Source: Promethearchaeota archaeon (GTDB lineage Archaea; Asgardarchaeota; Lokiarchaeia; Sigyniarchaeales; SOKP01). From it: a stretch of DNA of 20,308 bases. Position 1 is the stretch's first letter; each line of letters begins with the position of its first letter. A program made the translations under genes and the position numbers. Shown one piece after another: positions 1-9,023 of the stretch. Location of the stretch: contig JABXKB010000043.1 of assembly GCA_013375485.1 (NCBI GenBank), positions 1 to 20,308 on the forward strand. The letters are read 5' to 3'. The notes under the pieces are model-generated. The model was not told where the DNA came from, did no database searches, and saw only the letters and a list, made by a program, of their open reading frames with translations.

Positions 1-1251
1 ACCTTCAAGAGTTATATTTTCTTTTGGAGTGGTCAACTTTTTTCATTGTTAGGGTCATCCGTTACGCAATTTGTAATTGTCTGGTGGATTACTATTACCA
101 CGAAAAGCGTAGTTATGCTTTCAATTGCGAGTTTTTTATATATGGTGCCAATGACAATCATAATTCCTATTGCTGGTGTAATTATTGATAGATATAACCG
201 AAAAAGAATAATAATTATAGTAGATTCGCTTCAGGCAATTATAACACTTTTTATATTAATATTATTTAATATGGAAATAGCAGACCCAATAATGGTAATG
301 TTGCTAAATGGCTTGCTAGGATTATTTCAGGGTTTTCATATGCCAACGGTGAGTGCCATTGTTCCTACGATGGTACCCAAAGAAAATCTAAGCCGAATAA
401 ATGGTGTTAGTTATCTATTTACAGGTTTTATTAATATATTGGGTCCTTTAGTAGCTGCTACATTATTAGCATTTATGCCCATTAAAACAATACTATGGAT
501 TGATCCAATAACGTTCATAATTGCCTTTATTCCTTTAATTTTGATTAAGATACCTAAGATTAAAACTGCAAACACGAGAGATAAAAAGAATTCTTTTTCA
601 AAAGAATTTAAAGAAGGTTTTCAGATGTTAAAATTAATTCCGGTTGTTTCAATGATGTTATTAACATCAATGTTTCTTAATGTTTTACGTTGGCCAATTC
701 ATCTCCTAAGGCCCTATTTTGTAAGGTTCATACATTCAGGCACTGCATTAGATTTAGCATTTATTTCTGCTTTTTTTTATGGTGGTATGTTATTGGGAGC
801 ACTTGCAACATCAATTAAGAAAAACTGGAAACATAAAATCTTCATATATTTTAGTGGTAATATTGGTACAGTGCTCACACTTGTTATTTTTGCTTTTTCT
901 CCTAAAGGATGGTTCCTATTGTTGGGTATTGCTGGTGCCTTTTATGGAGTAATAATACCATTTTTAAATACAATTTATTTAACGATGATGCAGATACAAG
1001 TACCACTAGAAAAAATGGGTCGATTAAGTTCAATTGATATGACAATCTCTATGGCATTGACACCAATTGCAACACTTTCTATGGGATTTCTGGCTGAAAT
1101 TATTGGTGTCCGCAACCTATTCCTTTATTGTGCAATAATAGGCATGGTTATTACGATTATAATATGGCGATTTACGAGTGTACGATATACTGGCAAAAGC
1201 ATTAAAGAAGTCGTTGTGACTGAAATTGAGGAGTCAGAAAAAAAATCTTAA
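1..1251 (+). CDS. MFS transporter, 5'-truncated by the window edge
   Basis: The frame of ORF 46..1251 is open back to base 1 (TFKSYIFFWSGQLFSLLGSSVTQFVIVWWIT), so the listed TTG at 46 is probably internal. Many hydrophobic helices and an MFS-like N-terminal helix (FWSGQLFSLLGSSVTQFVIVWW, DRYNRKRIIII). Confidence 0.85.
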   Translation, partial: TFKSYIFFWSGQLFSLLGSSVTQFVIVWWITITTKSVVMLSIASFLYMVPMTIIIPIAGVIIDRYNRKRIIIIVDSLQAIITLFILILFNMEIADPIMVMLLNGLLGLFQGFHMPTVSAIVPTMVPKENLSRINGVSYLFTGFINILGPLVAATLLAFMPIKTILWIDPITFIIAFIPLILIKIPKIKTANTRDKKNSFSKEFKEGFQMLKLIPVVSMMLLTSMFLNVLRWPIHLLRPYFVRFIHSGTALDLAFISAFFYGGMLLGALATSIKKNWKHKIFIYFSGNIGTVLTLVIFAFSPKGWFLLLGIAGAFYGVIIPFLNTIYLTMMQIQVPLEKMGRLSSIDMTISMALTPIATLSMGFLAEIIGVRNLFLYCAIIGMVITIIIWRFTSVRYTGKSIKEVVVTEIEESEKKS

Positions 1252-1405
1252 ATCCTTTCAGTTTATTATCTAAATTTGGTTTCTTTTTGTAATTGGATGT
1301 GAACGTTCACTTTCAGCTTTACACTTCAGTATTACTTCATTAACTTAATCTATTTATAGAGTTGATAATTTTGAATTATTAATTAAAAAGATAATACGAT
1401 GTAAT

Positions 1406-2215
1406 ATGAAAAAGACAATAAGTACTTATGATGAGAAGGCAAGGCTTAGATACAAAATTCGTAATGTAATTACGCCTTGTTTAAATGGTTTTGAAACTTT
1501 CCTAAAGGATGTAAAAAACAAAATTCCTGATTTATTTCCTAAAATAATAGACAATTTAAATACAATATATGAAAAGATTGAGAAATATAATGTTTCAATT
1601 GAATCAGATTATGAAATTCTTAATCAGTATCCTAAAATATTAGATGGAAGTTTAAATCAGGTTTTGTCTCTGGTAAATTATAATAAATATAGTCCAGATT
1701 CTATTGATGAAGAGATTGATATTGAAGCTTTTGATCTTATATGTACCTTTACCCATTTTGAATATTTTTTTATGAGTTCGTTATTAAAAGTAATGCCTCG
1801 AGAAGAAGCAATTGAGTATGTTAAAAATATGGCAGATAAAATTGCTCAATCAAGAAGAGAGCCAGATAGATATGTTAATTCTTTTGAAGAACTTATTGAA
1901 CGTGACAAACCTAATTTCGAAAGATGGCAGTCTCAAGATCTAGTTTATGATATTATAGATGATGGAAAAATGCTTTATAAAGTAACAAAATGCAGATGGG
2001 GTGAAGTAATGAAAGAATTTGATTTGGAATTTTGTTATGCCTTGAACTGTTATAGTGATTTTGAGACTACAAAAAATCAGAATCCGAATTTTGTTATCAC
2101 GAGAACAAAAACTATATTGATGGGGGATGAATATTGCGATTTCTGTTATCATGATTCACGAAAAGACAAAGATTTAATTCATCCTTCAGAAAAAGACTTC
2201 CAAGAGTTGGGTTAA
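1406..2215 (+). CDS. L-2-amino-thiazoline-4-carboxylic acid hydrolase-like protein
   Basis: 269 aa soluble protein. C-terminal segment VITRTKTILMGDEYCDFCYHDSRKD resembles the R-T-K-x-L-x-x-G-D-x-x-C-D-F signature of the ATC hydrolase family. Confidence 0.55.
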   Translation: MKKTISTYDEKARLRYKIRNVITPCLNGFETFLKDVKNKIPDLFPKIIDNLNTIYEKIEKYNVSIESDYEILNQYPKILDGSLNQVLSLVNYNKYSPDSIDEEIDIEAFDLICTFTHFEYFFMSSLLKVMPREEAIEYVKNMADKIAQSRREPDRYVNSFEELIERDKPNFERWQSQDLVYDIIDDGKMLYKVTKCRWGEVMKEFDLEFCYALNCYSDFETTKNQNPNFVITRTKTILMGDEYCDFCYHDSRKDKDLIHPSEKDFQELG

Positions 2216-2271
2216 TTAATTTTTTTCATTTCTATTATAAAAAATATTGAATTATATGGTTGGAATCTATT

Positions 2272-2841
2272 ATGAAAAAAGTATGTTGTTTTATATATGA
2301 TGATTTTGCTGATTTTGAAATAGTTCTTGCGTGCATAGCAATAAATCAAGCTGAAGATTATAAAATAGAATTTATAGCATATGAACGTTCACCAATTAAA
2401 AGTTCTGGAGGATTAACAATTATTCCTGATAAAGTAGTTTCGGAGATCTCTCAAACAAATGATATTGAAGGTATTATAATTCCTGGAGGAAATGGGAGAA
2501 TCGTAAACCCGGAACTTACAAAATTAATTAAACAATTAAATGAAGAGAAAAAATTGATAGCAGCTATTTGTGCGGGACCAGAATTTTTGGCAAAAATCGG
2601 GGTATTAAATGGAGTAAAATATACAACTTCAGAGAGCCCAGAAATGTATGAAGAGAAAAAGGAAGTAGATCCTTTTCCAAGAGATACATTTGTTGACAAA
2701 AGAGTAGTTCAAGATGGAAATATAATTACAGCTCAAGGCTTTGCGTTTGTAGATTTTGCTCTTGAGATCTGGAATTGGCTTAATCTATATGAGAATGATT
2801 CTGAGAAAGAAGAAGATAAAAAATTATTTACTCCAAATTAA
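2272..2841 (+). CDS. DJ-1/PfpI family protein (class I glutamine amidotransferase-like)
   Basis: MKKVCCFIYDDFADFEIVLACIAIN, GIIIPGGNG and nucleophile-elbow-like IAAICAGPEFLAKIGVLNG. ATG at 2272 is preferred over the TTG at 2260. Confidence 0.85.
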   Translation: MKKVCCFIYDDFADFEIVLACIAINQAEDYKIEFIAYERSPIKSSGGLTIIPDKVVSEISQTNDIEGIIIPGGNGRIVNPELTKLIKQLNEEKKLIAAICAGPEFLAKIGVLNGVKYTTSESPEMYEEKKEVDPFPRDTFVDKRVVQDGNIITAQGFAFVDFALEIWNWLNLYENDSEKEEDKKLFTPN

Positions 2842-2865
2842 AATAAAATTCCAAAAAAAATTTAA

Positions 2866-3633
2866 TTATTCTTTTTTATATCCAACTTTAATTGTTATTG
2901 AAACAGACTCATCAAAAGCTTGACCCTCGACTTCGCATTTAAATGGCATCTCTTCAGAGGTAAATAATTCCTTGAAATATCCAAGCCAATAAATACCATA
3001 TCTCTTACTTTGTCTATGTCTAAAAAGTAGATGAAATTGATCTTCACTTTCTTTTTTTACATCGATAGTATGAAAATAGTTAGCAACAACCCACATCTTT
3101 TGGATAGTCTTAATAATTTCTTCTATAGTAAGACTTTTGAGTGGTTTCGACTCGTTATACCATAGAATTAAATCGATTGCTACATTTTTATGCCATGGTT
3201 TTTCCAAGCTTTCTTCAGGAGCTTTTGCAGCTGCTATTAACTGATTAAAAGTAGTTTTCCCTATAAGCATCATTTTCATTTCATCCCTTGCACGCACCCA
3301 AAGATCTCTATCGAGGTTTTTCTGTTCTCCATAGTATTTAATCGCACGTTCTACAAATGAGATCTCAGATTCCTCTTCATTCTTGTATTTTTTAATGGTT
3401 GCTTGAACTTCAGGGGATATTGAATTAAAATCATCATAACATTTCACAGCATTTTTTACTAAATCAGATATTGTAGTACCAGTATCTTTGTATTTATCGA
3501 TTAAACTCCTAGTATCATCGCTCACCTTAACATATATTGGCTTATCTTTAGATTCGGGTTCTTTAATCTCACCTTTTTGAGTTCCATTAGTTTTATCGTC
3601 AATTTTTTCATTCTTTTTAGACAATTGAATCAA
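2866..3633 (-). CDS. Hypothetical protein with charged N-terminus and possible small DNA-binding-like region
   Basis: 255 aa intact ORF. Segment PIYVKVSDDTRSLIDKYKDTGTTISDLVKNAVKCYDDF is weakly ribbon-helix-helix-like; no family confidently recognised. Confidence 0.65.
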   Translation of the reverse strand: MIQLSKKNEKIDDKTNGTQKGEIKEPESKDKPIYVKVSDDTRSLIDKYKDTGTTISDLVKNAVKCYDDFNSISPEVQATIKKYKNEEESEISFVERAIKYYGEQKNLDRDLWVRARDEMKMMLIGKTTFNQLIAAAKAPEESLEKPWHKNVAIDLILWYNESKPLKSLTIEEIIKTIQKMWVVANYFHTIDVKKESEDQFHLLFRHRQSKRYGIYWLGYFKELFTSEEMPFKCEVEGQAFDESVSITIKVGYKKE

Positions 3634-3978
3634 CTCCTTTATTCTTCACCTTTTTTTTACAGTCTTTCATTTAGAATATATATCTTTATATTAATAAAGT
3701 TTAATTTTATTTAATAAAGGAAAAAAGAGCTTTATTAAATATTTTTTTGAATATATAAACTTATATATAAAAAGAATACTTAATTCTTCGCAATTTTCTA
3801 TTTATTTATATATATTAATATATATATCTCAATATTTAAATTTAAAGGTTTCTCGCTTTTTTTATATAATTCTTTAATTATCATAACATTTAAATATATG
3901 AGTATATAGAAATATATTGAGAATAAAAAAAAATATAAAGAAATATAAAGAAATATAATAAGGTGTGGGAAAAAAAAA

Positions 3979-4482
3979 GTGACATTTGTCCCAATAATTG
4001 TACCTAATAGACAAAGAAATAGTTATAGATCCAGATCAGGGAGTGCATGTGCTGCTGTGGCTTTGGCTCTAGTTATTTTTGGATTATTGTCTTTTGTAAT
4101 GTTTGGTATGTTTGATCTAAATAGGTTTAGTTTTCCTCCAATGATCTTTTTGAGTGGATTTATTGTATTCATTATAATTATCATTGGCATTAGTGCAATT
4201 TCAATATCGATAAGTGAAACCTACAAGAAACCGAAAGAACAGCACTTGAAATCATATTATTCTCATTTTCAAAGCCAAACTCAACCTCAGAAACAAAGAC
4301 AACAATTTAATCCTTATATAATTCATAAGTCTATTCAAAATGAACCTGAAGAACATATCTATAAAGAAATTAAACGAGATATACCTGTAGTCTCAGATAT
4401 TAACTATTGTAGATTTTGCGGAGCAAAAGTTGATAGAGATGCAGTTTTTTGCTATCAATGTGGAATTAATATTTCCTCTTAA
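3979..4482 (+). CDS. Small membrane protein with two TM segments and C-terminal zinc ribbon
   Basis: GTG start. Hydrophobic stretches CAAVALALVIFGLLSFVMFGMF and MIFLSGFIVFIIIIIGISAISI, then YCRFCGAKVDRDAVFCYQCG (CxxC...CxxC). Confidence 0.75.
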   Translation: MTFVPIIVPNRQRNSYRSRSGSACAAVALALVIFGLLSFVMFGMFDLNRFSFPPMIFLSGFIVFIIIIIGISAISISISETYKKPKEQHLKSYYSHFQSQTQPQKQRQQFNPYIIHKSIQNEPEEHIYKEIKRDIPVVSDINYCRFCGAKVDRDAVFCYQCGINISS

Positions 4483-4550
4483 AATGTTTTTATGATTTAA
4501 AAATTAAATTAAGTTTAACCCGTAAGAAAGGGAGAGTAAATTCAGATAAG

Positions 4551-5468
4551 ATGCAAACAAGGGCAATTAGAAAATTATCCACTATTCAATGGAAAAAAAA
4601 GGATAATATAGCTACTGTGTTAATCATTTTTGTTGGCTTAGGTTTAACATTTATAGGATCATTTTATAATGAGTTTTATAATATATTTTTTAGTACATGC
4701 GTAGGTTTATTTTTTGGAGGGATTATTTTATCAACAATTTCAACATTTCTTGCTCAAATGGAATCAAATATTACTGGAGCTGGTGAAATAGATGTTGATA
4801 TAGATGCTGATGTTGATATAGATGCTGATGTTGATATAGATGCTGATGTTGATGTCGATATAGATGCAGATGTTGATGTCGATATAGATGCAGATGTTGA
4901 TGTCGATATAGATGCAGATGTTGATGTCGATATAGATGCTGACGTTGATGTTGATATAGATACTGATGTCGATATAGATGCAGATGTTGATGTAGACAGT
5001 GATATTGATGTTGATACGGATCTTATTGCTACAGTCACTCCCGCTCCAATCATGCTTTTATTCTCTTCAGGATTTTTAATTTTTGGAATTTCAGGAATTT
5101 TATTATATCAATTAATTGAAGGAACACTGCGATTTATAATTCTTTTTATTGCACCCTCATTAGCATACTTAACTACGAAGATTATTAATTTTGCCTGGAA
5201 AATTATCGCAAAATCAAGATATTACAGGATCTCATCAACGCAAAATTTATTAGGGATTCAGGGAGAGGTATTATTGCGTGTTGATGAAAGGGGCGGTATT
5301 ATTAAGATACCATCTAATACACCATTGAGATTTGAAAGATTACATGTTAAACCAGTATTTGACTCATTTCATTTTGAGAGAGGGGAAAAAGTGTATATTT
5401 GTGATGTGAGAAATGGATATTTGTTGGTTGATAATAATAAAAAATCAATAAAAAAAAGGAGGTTATAA
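4551..5468 (+). CDS. NfeD/YqiJ-like membrane protein with Asp-rich repeat and C-terminal OB-fold-like domain
   Basis: Four predicted TM helices, C-terminal NLLGIQGEVLLRVDERGGIIKIPSNTPLRFERLHVKP...YICDVRNGYLLVDN resembling an NfeD-like OB fold, and a position just upstream of a flotillin/SPFH gene. Asp repeat at aa 81-157. Confidence 0.7.
   Translation: MQTRAIRKLSTIQWKKKDNIATVLIIFVGLGLTFIGSFYNEFYNIFFSTCVGLFFGGIILSTISTFLAQMESNITGAGEIDVDIDADVDIDADVDIDADVDVDIDADVDVDIDADVDVDIDADVDVDIDADVDVDIDTDVDIDADVDVDSDIDVDTDLIATVTPAPIMLLFSSGFLIFGISGILLYQLIEGTLRFIILFIAPSLAYLTTKIINFAWKIIAKSRYYRISSTQNLLGIQGEVLLRVDERGGIIKIPSNTPLRFERLHVKPVFDSFHFERGEKVYICDVRNGYLLVDNNKKSIKKRRL
4791..5021 (+). repeat. Coding tandem repeat: 18-bp (DVDIDA) and 24-bp (DVDVDIDA) units
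   Basis: Three copies of gatgttgatatagatgct (4791-4844), four of gatgttgatgtcgatatagatgca/t (4845-4940), then degenerate 24- and 18-bp units to about 5021. Confidence 0.95.
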
Positions 5469-5472
5469 AGAT

Positions 5473-5706
5473 ATGAGTGTTGAAGAAGTGATAATAGATA
5501 AGACGATCGTTATTAAGAGTTTAAAACAAAATCATCAAAATACCATAAAAATAATAGAAGAAGATGAGCATGAAAAGAGAATCTTTACAAAAATCAAACG
5601 TAAATATAGACTAATGCTAGCATTCCTATTCTTTCTTTCAATTATACTTATATTCATGATACTTCCTATGGTTATAGGTGCAATTACTCAAGGTTTGTGG
5701 GGGTAA
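5473..5706 (+). CDS. Small single-TM protein of the flotillin island
   Basis: 77 aa, starts 5 nt after the previous gene. Charged N-terminus, then LMLAFLFFLSIILIFMILPMVIGAI. Confidence 0.6.
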   Translation: MSVEEVIIDKTIVIKSLKQNHQNTIKIIEEDEHEKRIFTKIKRKYRLMLAFLFFLSIILIFMILPMVIGAITQGLWG

Positions 5707-5812
5707 ATCATGGTTTTTTCTAAATTTAATAATTTCTTTTAAAAAATCTACAAAAAAATGGAAAACAATATTATTTTATAAAAATTAAAGATAGGAGGTT
5801 TAGATACTAAAA

Positions 5813-6982
5813 GTGTTATTACAAGAATTAAATCCTTGGTTTGTAGGGCTCGGAGTAACAATAGGTATAATAATCTTTCTATTTGTAATTTTTCTTGCTG
5901 CTCGGTATAGGAAGTTTAAAACTAACCAATTCGTTATACATTTACGAAATGGTAAGGTGAAACATGCTGGATTAGGTGGAAGTTTATTTCTTCTTCCATT
6001 GATAGATGAATACATCGTCATTCCAACTACTAGTATTCAAACTTTAGTTGCAGCTCATGAACAGGTTGTTTCAAAAGAATATCAAAATATTGAGATCGAA
6101 GGATTACTGATTTGGAAGGTTGTTGATCCAGAAAAAGCATTTAGTGCAGTATCATGGAATATGAGAGATGATAACTATATTGAAAAAATATTAAAAGGCG
6201 CAACCGAAGCGATCATTCGTACTACATGTGCCAATATGCCTTTAGAGAAGATCATTAGAGAAAGAAGAGAGATAATTGATCATATTGAAAAAGATTTACA
6301 TGAATTAACAGCTGATTGGGGTATAATAATCGAATCTTTAGAAATAATTGAAGTTATTATTGGCGAACCTGAACTAAAAAAGAATATGGAAGCAACTAAG
6401 CAAGCAGAAGAATTCAGGAAAGCTAGAATTGCTAAAGCTGAAGCTGAAAGAGAGTCAAAAATGAGAGAATTAGAAGTAAAAAACGAGCTTGGTATTCAAG
6501 AACAACTCGTTGAAAGAGAGATTGAATTACGGCGAAAAGATAAAGAAATTGCCATCGCAGAACAAGAAAGAGAACGCAAGAAAATTGAAGCAGATGGAGA
6601 TCGACTGAAGAAGATAATCGAAGTTGATGCTGAAGCTCAACAAATAAAACGGAAATTAATTGCTCAAGCAGAAGGTGAAGCTGAGAATATAAAGCAACAA
6701 ATGCTCGCTCAAGCGGAAGGTTTTAAGAAACAAGTTGAAGCAATGAGTACTGCTGATGAAAGGTTCTTAGCAGTTCAATTAACGAATATTTTACCGGAGA
6801 TATTTAAGAATCTCAATCCAGACAAGATGTTTATAATGGGAGATGGAAATGAAGCTTTCAGTTCCCTTTCTCGAGCAATAATGCCATTCTTACAACTTTT
6901 ACCCGAATATTCAGATAAGATCAAGGATTTTTTTAACAACGGAGGAACCAAAAAACTAGAAGAAATATTAGTTAAAAAGTAG
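5813..6982 (+). CDS. Flotillin/SPFH (band 7) family protein
   Basis: GTG start with aggagg-like RBS at 5793-5799. N-terminal TM, SPFH core (VIPTTSIQTLVAAHEQVVSKEYQNIEIEGLLIWKVVDPEKAFSAV), Ala/Glu/Lys-rich coiled coil (AEAQQIKRKLIAQAEGEAENIKQQMLAQAEG). Confidence 0.85.
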   Translation: MLLQELNPWFVGLGVTIGIIIFLFVIFLAARYRKFKTNQFVIHLRNGKVKHAGLGGSLFLLPLIDEYIVIPTTSIQTLVAAHEQVVSKEYQNIEIEGLLIWKVVDPEKAFSAVSWNMRDDNYIEKILKGATEAIIRTTCANMPLEKIIRERREIIDHIEKDLHELTADWGIIIESLEIIEVIIGEPELKKNMEATKQAEEFRKARIAKAEAERESKMRELEVKNELGIQEQLVEREIELRRKDKEIAIAEQERERKKIEADGDRLKKIIEVDAEAQQIKRKLIAQAEGEAENIKQQMLAQAEGFKKQVEAMSTADERFLAVQLTNILPEIFKNLNPDKMFIMGDGNEAFSSLSRAIMPFLQLLPEYSDKIKDFFNNGGTKKLEEILVKK

Positions 6983-7021
6983 TTTTATTTTTTTTTTTTT
7001 AATAAATTATCAACATAAATT

Positions 7022-7225
7022 ATGGAAGGGATTAAAATGTCAAAAATTAAGATTGTAAAAGTTAGTGCTAAAGCCCAACAGATTAAAAAGAATTTTATTG
7101 CACAAATGGGAGGATCCAAGGAAAATTATGAGGCAATAATTAATGCTGAAGGAAGATATCTAGCAAGGTTAAAAGATATACTTCCAGAAAATTATTTTAG
7201 GTATCAAAATATCTACCGTTTTTAA
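7022..7225 (+). CDS. Short ORF resembling a fragment of the flotillin C-terminal coiled coil
   Basis: 67 aa. VSAKAQQIKKNFIAQMGGSKENYEAIINAEGRYLARLKDILPENYF is alignable by eye to VDAEAQQIKRKLIAQAEGEAENIK of the upstream gene. Confidence 0.35.
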   Translation: MEGIKMSKIKIVKVSAKAQQIKKNFIAQMGGSKENYEAIINAEGRYLARLKDILPENYFRYQNIYRF

Positions 7226-7293
7226 TATTTCACATCAATTTAATGAAATATCATTTTTATTATTTTAATAACATTTATGGGGTTTCTTAAGGT

Positions 7294-8196
7294 TTGATAA
7301 AAGACATAGAGAAAAAATTTGTTGAAGGGAATTTAAAATTTAAATGGAAAATTATGCAAGATTTAGAAAGCATTAAAATTCGGAAAAATTTTCCTAAATA
7401 TCCTGTTTTAATTCTTACTTGTATGGATCCGAGAATAAATATCAATGAAATTTTTCAACTTAATTCAGGAGATGTCTTTGTTTTAAGAAATGCAGGAAAT
7501 ATTTACACTATAGATGTCTTAAGGTCCATTTTACTTACGATTTTTAAATATAAAGTTAAATATGTAATAATATTAGGACATTTAGACTGTGGGATGCTAA
7601 AGATAAATCTAACAGAACTAAGACAAAAATTACCGTCTAAATTTCTGTCAAGTTTATCAAAAAATTATACAGACCTTCTTCCAAAATTAAGAGATTTTTT
7701 TAAACCAATCCTTGATGAAATACAAAATATAAAAGAACAAATCAAGAGTTTGGAAAAAATTAAGGATTTTTACCCCGAAATTGAAATCACTGGAATGTTA
7801 TATGATATTAAAACAGGTCTCGTTTTTGAGTATGAGAAATTCAAAGATTATAGAGATATCGAGGACTTTAAAACAAGTTATAAGGGAATAATTATTAATA
7901 AGAAACATCAATTCACAGAATTTTTAGGCAAAATTGAAGAAGAAAATGTTACAATTGATGATTCAAATGATCTTTCACAAGAAAAAGCATTAAATGAAGG
8001 TAAATCTTTTACTATTGCTGAAATAAAAGAAGAACATAAGAACATTTCTATCCTTGGACAAAAAGAGTCTAAGGAGTATGATAGAGAGATAATCCATATG
8101 ATTATTCCGAAAATTAAAGTTCCAAAAATCAAATTTCACGGAGTTAAAATATATATCCCTAAAAATTATAATAACAAAAAAGAAATTGTTAATTGA
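7294..8196 (+). CDS. Beta-class carbonic anhydrase with C-terminal extension
   Basis: LILTCMDPRI (CxDxR), FVLRNAGN, IILGHLDCGML (HxxC) and ITGMLYDIKTGLVFEYE match beta-carbonic anhydrase motifs. TTG start. About 100 extra residues follow the core. Confidence 0.8.
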   Translation: MIKDIEKKFVEGNLKFKWKIMQDLESIKIRKNFPKYPVLILTCMDPRININEIFQLNSGDVFVLRNAGNIYTIDVLRSILLTIFKYKVKYVIILGHLDCGMLKINLTELRQKLPSKFLSSLSKNYTDLLPKLRDFFKPILDEIQNIKEQIKSLEKIKDFYPEIEITGMLYDIKTGLVFEYEKFKDYRDIEDFKTSYKGIIINKKHQFTEFLGKIEEENVTIDDSNDLSQEKALNEGKSFTIAEIKEEHKNISILGQKESKEYDREIIHMIIPKIKVPKIKFHGVKIYIPKNYNNKKEIVN

Positions 8197-8235
8197 GACT
8201 GAAAAGGTAATTAAATTTTTGGAGATTAAAGAGAT

Positions 8236-8499
8236 TTGTCTAAAATAAATTACATATCAAGTGATTTGAAATCTCAATGTACAGAAGATAAAAAAAGTGG
8301 GCACAATCTTTCTAAAAAGTATTGTGGAAATTGTAATAAAGAGTATATATTTGAAAATGTTATAGGAGAATATCCAGAGTTATTTCACGGTCCTATAACA
8401 ACATTATGGAAGAATTCAGAAATAAAATTTTATTGTTCTTATTGTTATCTGTTAAAAATAATTAAATCTATTAAAAAAAATAAAAAAAATCAATCCTAA
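8236..8499 (+). CDS. Small Cys-rich, possibly zinc-binding hypothetical protein
   Basis: 87 aa with KYCGNCNKEY and FYCSYCYLL CxxC pairs; TTG start. Confidence 0.4.
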   Translation: MSKINYISSDLKSQCTEDKKSGHNLSKKYCGNCNKEYIFENVIGEYPELFHGPITTLWKNSEIKFYCSYCYLLKIIKSIKKNKKNQS

Positions 8500-8507
8500 A
8501 CATTTTT

Positions 8508-8957
8508 TTACTTATCCTTCTTACTAAATTCTGTTAAATTTTTTAACTGTCTTCGTAAATAGCCTTCAAATTCATCAATTTCCTTTTCAGAAAAATCTTT
8601 ATAAAAAATATCTTTCATTTCGTTAGATACTTGAAGAAATTTCTCTTGTAAGGCTTCATTTTTTTTTGTTAGTTTTATAGTTATAGTTCGCTTATCTATT
8701 TTAGAACGTACTCTCTCAATATGTCCAGCTTCTTCAAGCTTATCTAGCATATATGATAATGTTGCTTTACTCAGCATCGTCTTCTTTTTAAGATCTTGGA
8801 ATGAGATATTATCTTGGTGCCAAAGTGGGAAAATTACTCTACCTTGAGCAGCACTAATTTCGTCAATTTTGTTTTCTTTTAGCAAATTGTTAAAAATTAA
8901 TTGTGAAAGCTCACGAATTTTTGTAATTAAAAAACCCCCTTCCCTTAACTTTTCCAT
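8508..8957 (-). CDS. MarR family transcriptional regulator
   Basis: 149 aa. Winged-helix pattern ISFQDLKKKTMLSKATLSYMLDKLEEAGHIERVRSKIDKRTITIKLTKKNEAL. Confidence 0.85.
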   Translation of the reverse strand: MEKLREGGFLITKIRELSQLIFNNLLKENKIDEISAAQGRVIFPLWHQDNISFQDLKKKTMLSKATLSYMLDKLEEAGHIERVRSKIDKRTITIKLTKKNEALQEKFLQVSNEMKDIFYKDFSEKEIDEFEGYLRRQLKNLTEFSKKDK

Positions 8958-9023
8958 TGATATTCACTTAGTTCAAACATTTTTTTAATTTAAAAGTTGG
9001 AATTTTACATAAAAATAATTTAT

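Noticed and set aside
1940-2699. Minus-strand ORFs 1940..2152 and 2451..2699
   Set aside because: Antisense to plausible plus-strand genes, with no motif or start-site support.
4791-5021. Possible CRISPR array
   Set aside because: The 18/24-bp units are contiguous without unique spacers and stay in the coding frame, so this is a protein repeat.
4754-5053. Minus-strand 99-aa ORF rich in SISTSTSA
   Set aside because: Antisense mirror of the Asp-coding tandem repeat; the frame is open only because of the repeat.
5800-6021. Minus-strand ORF inside the flotillin gene
   Set aside because: Antisense to a well-supported CDS with no recognisable domain.
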